DNA of 64,000 nt from Marsupella aquatica. Taxonomy: Eukaryota > Plantae > Marchantiophyta. A model generated the notes under the pieces. The model had not been told where the DNA came from. It made no database searches and saw nothing but the letters and a program-made list of their open reading frames with translations. The number at the start of each line of letters is the position of its first letter. Position 1 is the stretch's first letter. The stretch spans positions 2,157,659-2,221,658 of the forward strand of contig OZ316895.1 of NCBI GenBank assembly GCA_973895155.1, in the 5' to 3' direction. This document shows, piece after piece, positions 1 to 12,302 of this stretch. Position numbers and translations under genes: made by a program.

Positions 1-379
1 CTTTGTTGCTTGATTTAACCATAAAGCCTTTGTTGTCATTCCCTGTGTTATTAGGTCTCATGTAGGGGCAGTGCTAGTTCGGCATCCACTCTTGATTCCA
101 GCACTGCTCTACGCTCTCTCTAAATTTACTAGTCTAAGTACCTGCATATATTGAGCAGGTGTTCTGTTGATTGCCCTCGGAGGGGATGGGAACTTTATGC
201 GTTAGAAGAAGAGAGTTAGTTTTGATGTTTACATATGTATGGCCTATGGCAAGAAAACTAAGAATGACTGAGGTTCGCAGACTCGAGAACATGGGAAGAT
301 TCAGTTGCAATACGTTTTCCTAGTCCAGTCGAATCATGGAATCGTTTTATTTATGTTTGCATTTTATTTATGTTTGCAG

Positions 380-1010
380 CCACGAGATGGCGAAGAAGTC
401 GATTTTGTACAGCTACACGAACGCAATGAACGGATTCTCAGCAAAACTAACACCAGAGCAAGTTGCTGAGCTCTCAAGTGAGTCTTCGTTCACTAGAAAT
501 TACCACTTCGCTAAACAGGCGGGAAGGATTGTGTTTCAATGTCCTCACATGCAGGTTTCAGTGATGGTCGCCTCTTCTTAGCCTCATGTCTGCCAGTGGA
601 TTTTGTCTGCTGATTAATATATGTACTACCACAAGTTTTTGTTGTTCTCCATGTCTCAAGTTGTTCCCACGTTGCCATGCATGCTGGGACGCTGATGTTT
701 GGGGGCAGACTGTCCCCTTAATACTTGCATGTTGGCTTCATGTCCTCACACTATCATCTAGGTTTCGAAATCTAGCGGACTGTGATTCTGCAATTGGAAC
801 TTTTAATCATTCTGTTTTATGCTTGCATTTCTCGTTGTTTCTATTGAGGGCCATTATTGGCATCGAAGGGTTTAGGCAGCTGAGAAACCTTTGACTCAGG
901 CATTTGCATTTCAAAATTTTGCAGAAAAACCTGGTGTTCTTTCAGTTCAACGACAAGGGGTGGCACACTTGCACCCGGCACAAACAACTGGGTTGCAAAA
1001 CGGGGTCTGA
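380..1010 (+). CDS. Stand-alone subtilisin propeptide-like inhibitor (peptidase inhibitor I9 domain), 3' exons 380-477 and 925-1010; 5' part lies upstream of the window
   Basis: Exon 380-477 (AG/GT bounded) encodes AKKSILYSYTNAMNGFSAKLTPEQVAELS, the typical I9 'ILYSY...GFSAKLT' motif. Exon 925-1010 continues KPGVLSVQRQGVAHLHPAQTTGLQNGV then TGA (1008-1010). No S8 catalytic domain follows. Confidence 0.8.
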
Positions 1011-1589
1011 ATAGATCTTTTGTTGACGTGATAGCAAGCTTTTTCCAAGTACTAGACCACAACATCATATGATCTAAAATGTTTTGACCTCTTTCATTCG
1101 TGTCAGTCAATGCTTTTATATGGGAGTGGACCTTTAATTCTAGTTATCAACAGAATGGTGTTGTTTAGAGCCTGAAGTACTAGGGACACAAACGATGAAG
1201 TTTCAATCGGTTGGAGTGGAGGCAATCGGACTGGTGCTGCAAGAACCTGGGTAGAAGCTCTCTTTAAAAATGAGCTGGTGGAGGCTGAGCAAGTATTGAT
1301 AGGGGGAAGTAGACTCTGCATGCTTTGTGGAGCATAGAACAGAGCAGATCAGTTACATGATGGATGGCTATTAATAAAGCTCAACAGAGCTACTGAACCC
1401 CATAGATGTAACCCATTGACGTAGTGAAACAATAAATGGCTCCTTCTAAACAGAGAAAAAGTTGATGCTCCTTTGAGCAGTAAGAAATTGTCTCTATAAG
1501 CTTCCAGTGAGATTTGTTTTTGGGAGAGAACTGAAAATGAATCGTACAATGATGGAAGATTCTATGCATAAGACGAAAGCATTTGTCAT

Positions 1590-1733
1590 GCGAATCCTAA
1601 AATCGTGAGGCTAAGACGAGGCCAAGAATTGAAACTACGTGCCATAGCTAGAAGAGGAAAGGGGAAAGATCAAGCCAAGCGGTTTCCAGCGGCAATTGTC
1701 TCATTCCAATACGAGCTTGAAATCCATCTCAGT
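1590..1733 (+). pseudogene. Fragment of RNA polymerase II subunit 3 (RPB3/NRPB3)
   Basis: Translates [41 protein letters not shown], matching the RPB3 motif [29 protein letters not shown] with non-conservative changes. No other RPB3 exons were recognised nearby. Confidence 0.8.
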
Positions 1734-2987
1734 ACAGACTGCTACCGGTGCATTCGTGACTGTCCCCATGAACCATCTCACACACTGCATGACATGAAGT
1801 GGAGGAAGAAGCGTAACAGCAATTGACGCAGACATAGCTGCACAGCTCATCACCAATGCGGCCAGGGGAATCCAGCAGAACTTCATCTTCAACATTCATT
1901 TTAAGAGTCGAAATGGGGCGCAATCAGCGAAAACACGGCCTAGTTACTAGGTCTATCAGCTGCAAATTGCAGCTAAAATGCATCCATCGAAAGGCAGGGC
2001 CCGATGACCAGCCTCAGTCATTTGCTCAATCGGGACCTCACGGACAAGCAAGCAGTTCAGAATCTATCGCTCTTAAGAAAGGACTAGATATTGTTCAAGG
2101 ACTTAAATCAAGGTATCTTATGAACGGCCACTGTTCCTTGTAAGCTCCGAGGAACAAAATCATGTACCACCCTCGAGCGGCCGTATGCACACTTCGACGA
2201 AAGAAATTGGATCAAAATTCTAGCCCAATTCATGAAACTGGAAGAGCATTCAGTTCTTCTCTGCTTGGGACATCACAATCCACTTATAGATGTTGATCCA
2301 ACTGAGTGCACTAGCTTTGACTCGATAGGTCTGCTAAAGGGTCCACCAGCATCACACTACAACTTGTTTGTGATCATCAATCCATCGATTTAGTAGTGTT
2401 TTAATCGGAAGAAACTTGAGCTACAGTCTGCAGCTGTCTGGTCATTAATGGAGTGCGCGTAAGCTTGACCAAACGATTGAAGTAACTGACCCAAACGTCC
2501 TTTTCAAAAATTGCAAACCAGGTGATAGCAATCTTTGGATCCATCAATCTCAAGGCAAAAGGGACTGCGGAACAACATCATTGGGTGGTCCGTCTTAAGT
2601 TAAACCTCTGTCAATCAGATTTACTCTCGTGAAGCCCATCAACTCTCGATCGTTTACAATCCAATCCACCACGGGCTTTTGCCACCAGAAGACCATCTAC
2701 CAAAAGTCCGTTGGTGGAGCCGGTACACCGTAGGTGCTGCTGTCTGGGAAAAGTTCTCAAGGGGGCCACGGTCGAGCTCTCAAACGCCACTTCAGGGCAA
2801 GCCAGGAGCAGGGTGAGGCCTTGCTCCCAGAATGCTCAGAAAAGCTTCCCAAATACGGCCGCCCATCAACTTTTCTTCACTTTCCACGATGTGAAGTAAC
2901 TTGTTACCGAATGCAGCCAACATTGGGTTCAGGACAAGTCACTCAAGTTGCCGCGTACTGCACGAGATTACCGGAGTACCGGATGCA

Positions 2988-3220
2988 CAGCCAGTCAGAT
3001 AGTGGAGCAGAGTTCGCGGCTATGGATGGGAGGTGAGCGATTACCGGATGCAGCCAGTCAGATAGTGGACCAGAGTTCGCGGCTGTGAATGGAAGGTGAG
3101 CGACTACCGGACGCAGCCAGTCAGATAGTGGACCAGAGTTCGCGGCTATGAATGGAAAGAGAGCGATTACCGGATGGAGCCAGTCATAAGGTGGACCAGA
3201 GTTCGTGGCTATGAATGGGC
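2988..3220. repeat. 63-bp minisatellite, about 3.7 copies
   Basis: CAGCCAGTCAGATAGTGGA-type unit starts at 2988, 3051, 3114 and 3177. Confidence 0.9.
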
Positions 3221-5743
3221 GGAGAGAGAGAGGGAGGTAGAGCACCAACATGAACACTAGGCAGACGAAGGGCTTCAGAGTAAAGAGCGGAGAGTGGTCA
3301 GTCGGGCCTTTGCACTCTTTGCAGCGCTGCAAAGCTTCTGCCCCAAGGTGACCGATTTTGTCTCGGAATTGGTTCTCAACTTTCAGGCCCTTCGAGCGGT
3401 CCTGCTTCTTCTCCACCCGCATTTGAGAAGGAACGCGGAGATTCCAATGCAGGGGAATTGATTTGCTGATTTGAGAGGAAGCTAGGAGAAGGATTCGAAC
3501 GCAGGTAAATTTGCTTGTCGGGCCTCTGTGCTCTGCTTCTGATGTTTGCTTCTTCTGGTCTTGTCTCCTTGAATGTCTTTGTTTCCGTGTTTCGAAGAGA
3601 CTGTCACAATGACCAAGCGTGAGAGCGACTACTCGGAGGGGAAATTGAGATTTCATTGGCGCTCGTCTTCAAAAGTAGAGTACCGTATTAAAGAGTAATT
3701 ATTTTGACGTGGGGCAACATCTGATCACGACGAGGAGATAAAAATTGAGTAGAATTGTTTGAGAAGCAGAGGCGCTTATTTAGATAGAACGAGACAGCAT
3801 TTTTCTTTCTCGCCCTTCCTGATATTCCGCGGAGGAAGAAGAAAGGAGACAAAGCACGAGCGTGTGCAAGTTGTTTATTGAGAATTTTGAGGAGTGAGAA
3901 TTCAGATTGATTTTAGTTCACGCTGAAGAGATTCAATTTGGCAGACCTCCGCGGAACTGTAGCTGCTGCTTCAAAGGTGTAATTATGCACTCACCTCGTA
4001 AAGTGCATGGGGCGGAGCATGTGGCATGTCATGCCTGCCTCGCCATGGCCAGCACCTTTTGAAAATTGTCATTGTGAGCACAGCTGCTGGTGGGAAGTAA
4101 CATCCCTTGTAACAGCACTTACATAGCACTGGAGGTATTGTAGTTCGGCTATTTCAATAGTTCCTCTTTGCAGAACGGGAACGGTACAGTAGGACATGGT
4201 AAATGATACGAGTCATGATATGGCATAGCACGACAGAGCACAGCACTATTGACCTCAATTCTGAGGCACAGAGTGTGATACCGGAACGAATGGATGAACA
4301 CCGTTTGAGGCCCGATAGATGATCGAACAAATGGTTTCTGAAGTCCTAGGAAGGGACGAATGATTGAACGACTGAATGAACTCATCTTGGATCACATGTA
4401 GCATTGTCCGTTAGGACGGCCCACGCGTCGATGTTCAATCCTGTCAAGTTACGCATGCTCAAAACAAGGAGACGTCGTCAGGTTTAAAATTTACAAACAA
4501 AAAAACTTTGAAAAGCTCCGAGGAGTTTAAACAGTCCATTGTCTCTTGAAAGCGAGTTTCGATAATGTTATTTTTAGTTCAAGGCACTGGTCCATCTTCT
4601 GCCTCATCTATCTTAGATATCAATGAGGATACTAGCAAATAGATTCGTGCTCCACTACGGTACTTTGCGATTGATCTCATAAGACTGAGGCGGAATGGTG
4701 CGACGAGAAGGAAGGGCAGCTTGGGAGTTTTTGCAGCAGAATTACTTCTCGAGTGTGTACAGGTTGAGAAGAATGTCCAATTCAGGGACGTTGATAATGC
4801 AAAACTGAAATTGATATGATACTTAGTACTTCTTCTCTGGTAAGATCCTAAATGAAGGAATAAAATGCCCATGGACAGTACTCATAGTCGTTAGATGCTT
4901 TGAGTCTTTAGATATCCCCTAGTCCCCCTTAAATCTGCGTACACATTTGAGAGTATCTAGGGGTCTTAGTCAATGATCAACAATGGTTTTTCCAATCAAG
5001 AGCTGAGTATTCGGGCGTAATGCCGAAATGATGTACGCAAATCCAGATTGCATCCGTACGGCGTGATCTACATCTTTCTGCCAGCTACCAGCTACAGTAC
5101 CACCGAAGTGACAAAACTCCAATCTACGGAGTTCGAGTACAACCCCATTCTTGTAACGTGTTTCCGTCCTGACTGTGTAGAATTAAGGAAGGGGTTTCAG
5201 GTGCAAGACTCTTAATGCAGCCCTCTTGTTTCGGTAATTGACCTCCGCCCTTGCTCCAATTGGAATACTTCATATCCATTGACAAGAGAGTTTTAACGTC
5301 TGTAAGGGTTGGGGACTCATAATGCATTCTATTAAGACCAATCAGGCCAATGTACTCCTAAACTCCTTTGTATCTCTCCTTAGCCTGGTTGGTCTTGATA
5401 GAAGTGGGTACCCTGAGCTCTGTCGTAAATATTGGGACTCGGTGAAGCCTTCCTTTATCCTATAATATCCACACCCTTTACTTTTACAGGGTGCTCAAGC
5501 CTTTGAGAATTTAAACGGTACTGGAGCAGTCACCTTTGCTGCCTTACAATCGCGTGTTATTGAGGGAATCAATCGTTGGGAGGGTCTCGAATGCGCAACA
5601 ATGGAAAGATGCGTACTGTAGCTGGGCAGATGTTCTCTATGGAAGCTCTTGGTTGCCTTTTGTGCTTGTATATCATATCTGACGACCGTACCTTTGCCTT
5701 TTCAGGTTTGGTTTGGTAGCAGGCAGAGGAAATAGAGGCTACA

Positions 5744-8700
5744 ATGGCCTTGGAGCACGCGAACCAGGCTAAGAAAATGAACAATCCTATAACTTGGGTG
5801 GAAGAGAGACTAAAATTATTGCGTAGGGTTATCTTCGATGAGGACGTCAGAGCGGCTCATGTGCAAGCTTTCCATACAAGATCTGTCAAGAAGCAGAAAG
5901 CTTTTGATCGGACTGTTCAATTTTGGACTCGCGGTGCTCATATCTATGCCAGCTATAAGGTATGCGTGATCTCCCCCAGTCTAGATGTTGTATTTATATT
6001 TTTGGCAGCTTCTCCAACGTTAGTACTGATGCTCCAAAGTTCGTACTGATGCCTTGCATTCTAGAAGAACACCTTTGGCTTAATGAAAGTGTACCATGTG
6101 ATGCTCCAGGCTACGCAGCTGCGCGTTCAATTTGTCAACGACGAAGTTGAGCAGAATCGAATTTGGGAAGAACAGCATGAGAGAGCTGCAGATAGACTAT
6201 ACGCATTATGTTATGATTTGAAAGGATTTTTCCTCAAGGTATGTGGTCTTAATCAATCAGCTCAAACACATACATTTTCCAACCCCTCTTCTGACTTTGG
6301 TATCCTATTTTACCCTCGATGTCTTTAAGAAATTAATTTGTGAACTTTCGCATCTCTCACGTCCTTTGATAACATGAAGATACATTTCTTGCATGGAAGC
6401 AGGCATGCTGTGAAAATTATGAAAATCGTCGTCTGATGGTTGAATTTATTGCTGGAACTTGCAGACAGCACAAATATTGGCCAAGCCAGATCTTGCCCCT
6501 ATGGCATGGGTGAAGAAACTGGTAGTGCTTTGTGACCAAGCACCCCAAACTCCGTATGACAAAGTGCGAAAAGTATTGGAAGAAGAGCTGGGGCAATCTT
6601 TTGATGGCTTGTTTGAACGATTTGATGTCAAACCTATTGGTTCTGCCTCTGTTGCTCAGGTATGCGCCACTCAAACTTATTATATTCATTAAACTACTCA
6701 GGCTAGTAGGTAAACGATTGGTCTCGGAATTGTGCACTCCAGCTTCAGAGATTGCTATCTTCAAAATTGATCACGGGGAAGAGAAGCCAGTAAAACATGT
6801 TCTGATCAATTTTGTCTCTCCCCTCGCTAGGACTTTCACGTCTCTGTGTTAGCGAATGAGAATCTCATGATATGGTCCAATTTTGGGAGCAGGTTCACAA
6901 GGCAAGGTTAATGGGTGCTAACAGCGATGTTGCTGTTAAGGTACGTGCTCATTTCGAACAACCTAATTACCATGGACGATCAGACATTGTCAGATAGTCA
7001 GGCTTCTACTCATTTTCATTGTGATTGATTGCAGTGTCTTTAATATTCGATACTCAAGAAAATGGACAACACAACAGGTTCAGAGTCAAATAGAAAGCAA
7101 TGCGTAGAAGTGATCTATGCGTAGGTCATAATGTTTTTGAAGCATTTGAGCTCTTCAGTTGCACTGCAGTTAGCGCCATGTCCCAAGTTTTAATTCAAAG
7201 TACACTGCGAACAGGTACAACATCCCGGAGCGCATGAACTGATGATGACCGACATTCGCAATCAGAAATTATTTGCTCATGTACTGCAGAAGACCGACTT
7301 GAAATTTGATCTAGTGTCTATTATGAACGAGCTTGAAGCACAGGCAAGTAATTGTTTTGCTACCTGTGGATATTGTGTGCGAATGTTTATGAGGTCATTT
7401 TTGTAAGTGTTGATGCTAAAGAGGGCAGAAGCTCTGGAATTCGAAGTTCAAGAGTGATCCTCAACGGCTTGTCTCTGAGTGGCGTGTCTGTCATTATTCA
7501 GGGCATTGTATTTTGAAATTAATTGTCTAGAACTGGTAGCCTTAGAATTGTTTTGTGAAGCGTTGTCTTCTCAAATATTTAAATTTGTGTTGTGCAGGTG
7601 GAGTATGAGTTCGACTTTGTTCGAGAAGCAACTGCGATGGATAGAATTGCTACTGCTTTGGATACTGCAAACAAAGGAAAACCTCCAATTATTGTTCCTC
7701 GCTCGATACCAGGATTGGTTACTAGGTATGCAACTATTCTATAAACATCTACAGCATTGTGTGTCTCATTTGTTGGATGGAAGTAGGTGGCCTGGATTCT
7801 ATGGTCCTATGATATAAAATCAGAATTGAACATGGTTTTTCAGAATTGGTGGCATGGGAGCTTGATTCAAGGTCTCAGGTCGGTCTTGGACATCTTTATT
7901 AACTTTTCTTGTGTGTTCTTCCAATAGGCGAGTTATGTGTATGGAATTTATTGAAGGAACGCCTATCATGCAACTGGAAGGAGAATTGCAAAAAAGGGGG
8001 ATTAACCCAAATGGCAGGGTTGCAAAGATGGCAAAGACGTATTTTCTCTAACTCGTCTGAAATTAGCATTAATTGTCGCTGTTACTCTTAATACATACAG
8101 GAGACCACACAATACAAGAAGATGTTCATTCGGTGTGCTGTCCAAATTTTTATATCCTTTGAATGTCTTGTTTCTTATCCACGGATAGGCGGATATTACT
8201 GCCTATCTCAAGGAGCTGTTTAGAGATAAAGCACTTCAGCATCTTCAAGTTAAGTAATTGATGCAAGGTGCACCATTTTTCTGTTCTTTGCCTTAGAAAG
8301 TATCCGAGGAAACTTACAGCCCAATCACTTCCGCATAGTGATTTTAGTTAATTTGGGTTTTGGCTGTAGGTCGATTTTGAAAGACCTTTCATCTGCTTAT
8401 GGTCAGATGATCTTGAGAGACGGCTTTTTCCAGGCTGACCCACATCCTGGAAACATCCTCATCAATAGCAAGGGCAAGGTACGTGCTACCTCTAAAAGTG
8501 AATTCATCACACACCTACCTACTTCAACGAAAATTGCGTTTCTTTTTTACATTGAGTAATTGCACTTTGAAGTCCTCCAATGACTTGTCCTTGTTGCGAT
8601 CTCAGGTTGCTCTTCTTGATTATGGACAAACGAAAGAACTCAACCAGGAGTTAAAACTAGGTTTTGCAAAGGTGGTTGTGGGGCTTGCCAACAATAACGG

Positions 8701-9934
8701 CGAGAAGATTGCAGAAGCTTTCAAGTAAAGCTTCAGGAAGCAGTTTGCTCTGCGTCAATGTTTTCCTATAGCAGAGAATTTAAGAACGATTGTTTCTCTC
8801 AGTCTGAACACCGTTACCAACTTGGACAATGAATTATTTGCTTCATGATAAGAAAAATAAGTGCGAGGCCAAGGATCTCAATATTTGGGACTAACTTTCA
8901 CATGAAATAGCTCTTTGAGGTATAAACTATGGCATGAACCGTACCGTTCTGATCTTCTTCTTTTTTATGCTCTGCAGTGAATTAGGGATTGGGCTTATTA
9001 GCAAGTCGAATGACCTGGAAGATACTAAAAGTCTAGCTCAGTTGTTGTTTGACACCAAGTTGCCACATGGTTGGAAAATGGCTTCACCATTTGGAGATGA
9101 TAGCATTCTGAAAACCACTTCAGTGGAGGTAAGCGTTGACCGACCTAAGATTTAAATTCTGGAGCAATTGAACAAGAAAGAACCCAAAGCGATTTTGCAC
9201 CAGCGAACTTCAAATTAGAGGCTCCGGAGCTTCTGAAAAATACAATTGAGTACTTGATATGAACGCAACCATAGTTCAACGCTTGATCTTGTCGCCAGTC
9301 ATAAGCCCTTCTTGTGCAACTTTGGCTTGTCTTTTCATGTGTGATGGTCCTATCTGTTGTTTACGGTCAAGAGACGTGTGTTTATTTCATATCAAGGCAA
9401 TTTGTCAGGATTGAGTTATCTTTATATGAACCACAAAGCTATTCACTTGAACAAATCCCTAGCTTTGCCCGTTTACCTTCTAATGGAAAAAATTGGGGTC
9501 GTACAGAAACTCCCCCAAGAGTTGTTCTTTGTCATTCGAACGGCACAACTACTACGAGGATTAAGTGTAGGAATGGATATCCCATTCTCTAGCTCACAGC
9601 AATGGAAACCGCTTGCTGAGGCTGCCCTTGCTGCAGCTAGAAATTCTTCAACTTTTGGTAATCAATCATGCCTTCAAGGTAATCTACTGTGAATGTCTTG
9701 CTGTTGCGATCTCAATATGTTTCAGAGTTGATTTCTATTGGTCTTTAGATTTACTATACTGCCGTGCTCTCCAGAAGTGTTATGCCAGCTGTATTCTGAT
9801 GTTTATGGCAACGTCGTCTGTCGATGTTCTTCGCAGATGTAGCAGGGGAGACCAAGGAAAATCGGCCACGAGAGCTTCACTGGGAGCGAAAGAAGAGACT
9901 ACGAAGAGAAGGAAACCTTCAGGCAGTTGCTTAG
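5744..9934 (+). CDS. ABC1/UbiB-family atypical protein kinase (ABC1K). Exons about 5744-5959, 6110-6238, 6465-6659, 6893-6940, 7215-7343, 7598-7725, 7928-8038, 8370-8478, 8606-8724, 8978-9128, 9507-9657, 9837-9934
   Basis: Spliced motifs LKGFFLK-TAQ, LCDQAP, PIGSASVAQVHKA, VAVKVQHPG, EFDFVREA, MEFIEG, FFQADPHPGNIL and LLDYGQ. Splice sites are canonical except a GC donor at 7344. The last exon junction is the least certain. Confidence 0.93.
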
Positions 9935-12171
9935 CGTCCTTTTCTTGACCCTACATTGGTTGACTTGTCACTATAACTCAATATCATTCATTTCCTTAGG
10001 CTCATCGAGTGGGCAGCTTTCATGGATCGCATTGAGTAGCTAGCGTGATCTTTATCTTCTTATCCTAGACCCCCAGTGGCCCTCCTATCAATGTTCAACA
10101 ACCGGCTTTGCCGTGGTGCACTAGAAACGAAAATTATCTGAATTCTTCCCTGGCAGGCAGGGTAAACAAAAACGTCGGGGAGTTACCTTTTCTCACTAAG
10201 TTATGGACAGGAATTAATTTTCTCATATACGTAGCGTTAAGGAAGTCCTTGGACAGGCTGAAGCCTCGTTCTGCGGCAACAGCATTTACAACTTGATGCA
10301 ATTGGCGAGAGTTAACCAAGGTCAAGCTTGACGATTGTCTGTCTAGCAGATTGGTTGAAGGATGAGAGTGAGAGTAGTTATAGAAGAGGTGGCCAGCGCC
10401 TGCTGTAGTTTAGCCTGACTCGAAGTACTTGCTATTGTATTTCGTCTTCTGAAGGCAAGTTAAATTGTATTATTAGCATTTGCAATTGTAATAGCAGAAG
10501 ATCTATAACCTCACGAATTACCATTATTGCAATTCAATTACACGAGGGACGTTGTCTTCTGAGACTGGCCAGATTATTCCCATGATTTCAAATGTGTTGC
10601 ATGAATGCGAACTCTCCTGATTTTCTTTTGCTTCCACTGATTGACTGAACAAGAAGAATTAAAACGCAGATGGGAAAGACTCAAATAGCTCTCGTCAACT
10701 GCTTTACTAGATTTCTGCTTTGCGCAAGTATAAACATCGGTGTTGTCTCAAAGAAATATGCTGTCAAACTTAGCTATATGCTACTTCTGGGTCCCTCTTG
10801 AACCTTTTTAACAATCTATGAGAACTTCGGATTAGAAGATTGAGAGGACATATTGTATCTGCAACTTTCTATGTCACACCCCTAACGAAAGTATCGGATC
10901 TTTTCACTGGAGACAATGTTCACTGAAATCTGAATTTGTTGGACTTGCAGAGTGGAAGCAGGTGGAACGCGTGCCGTAAAAAATCCCCTTAACGCGAGGG
11001 CGTAAGAATTGTCACAAACTATGACATTCTCGACGTTACGGTTACCGCTCAGCGCTTATGTTTCTGTGCCGTTTCCAGGAAAGACCTCGATCTAGCTCTA
11101 ATGGAGAATGTGTTCACAGCAAGTCAAAAGGTAACGTAACGACTGCGAAGTTTTAACAGTGAATTTCATTGTCGTCTTTCGTCCAAGCCATTCCTTGTCT
11201 GCTACAAGCTTTTGAGCTCAAGTTTGTGACATCGTTAGGTTCCACTTCTGATTTATATTCTTAACCATTCGACTTACTGGAACAGGTCCCAAAGTTAATT
11301 GACCAGAAACGCTTGGGGTCAATTACACGGCAGTTATGGTTGAAGAAAGACGTTCGTGACGCAGAGACTAATAATGTTTAAACGATCCCTGGATACTCAA
11401 GCGGGCCTTTGCACTTGAGTACTCGAATATAGAATTACGCTTCCACGATACTTGATGTCAGACTAATTTGGGGTCATCTTCTAGTCTTTCGACACCAGAA
11501 CCTGATGTATGCCCTAGGCATGTAGGTGCACTTAGTTCAATATCAAAAGTTTCGTCAGTAATAATACCCAGCGAAAGCATTGATGAAATGCTCGATTACA
11601 CTCATCACCCCAATTTTGCTGTCTATTTTCAAGTTGGTTTCTATCTGGAAGTGTGAAATAAATCTATGGAGTCCTATGTGGTTGAACACCTTCTTTGCGT
11701 CGATGACTACTCAAGTAGTCTGGAAGTAGCATTCGCACTCTTTCTCTGGAATATGGTCTAACAATTCAAACTTAAACTTTGATATGATAATCAAGCCCTG
11801 TTTGGGTGTAGGCTTCTGCAAAACAGGATGGAAAGAAGGGGGATAAGGTGCCTACAGCAGTTCTTGCGTGGTTTCGTATGGATCTCTTTTCCAAAACGTA
11901 GCGGGCACACCACTATTTCGTTGTGCCTTTCATGTTGAAGCTTCATTATACATGAAATATTCATCCATGTCCATAATAAGGGTCTGGGCCCACATATGAC
12001 GAGAAATTCGGTTCGTCAGAAACCTGTCTCCAATGTCTTAATACCCTTTCAGGAAGAGCCTTCTTACAAGCATCAGTGGCCTGAATCAAAACAAATCTAC
12101 TTCCATTTGAAATCTCACAGTGTAATGCGCTTCACTACTCTCGTGAATTGGAACATGATGTCGACCTCTGT

Positions 12172-12302
12172 ATCTAGTAGTATCAGACGGCAGACTTCAG
12201 CTCAACAGAAAACGGTCATACTCACTCTTCAATAACATCTAGTAGTATCAGAAGACAGACTTCAGCTCAACAGAAAAAGGTCATACTCACTCTTCAATAA
12301 CA
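12172..12302. repeat. Tandem duplication of about 65 bp
   Basis: ATCTAGTAGTATCAGA..CAGACTTCAGCTCAACAGAAAA.GGTCATACTCACTCTTCAATAACA occurs twice back to back. Confidence 0.9.
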
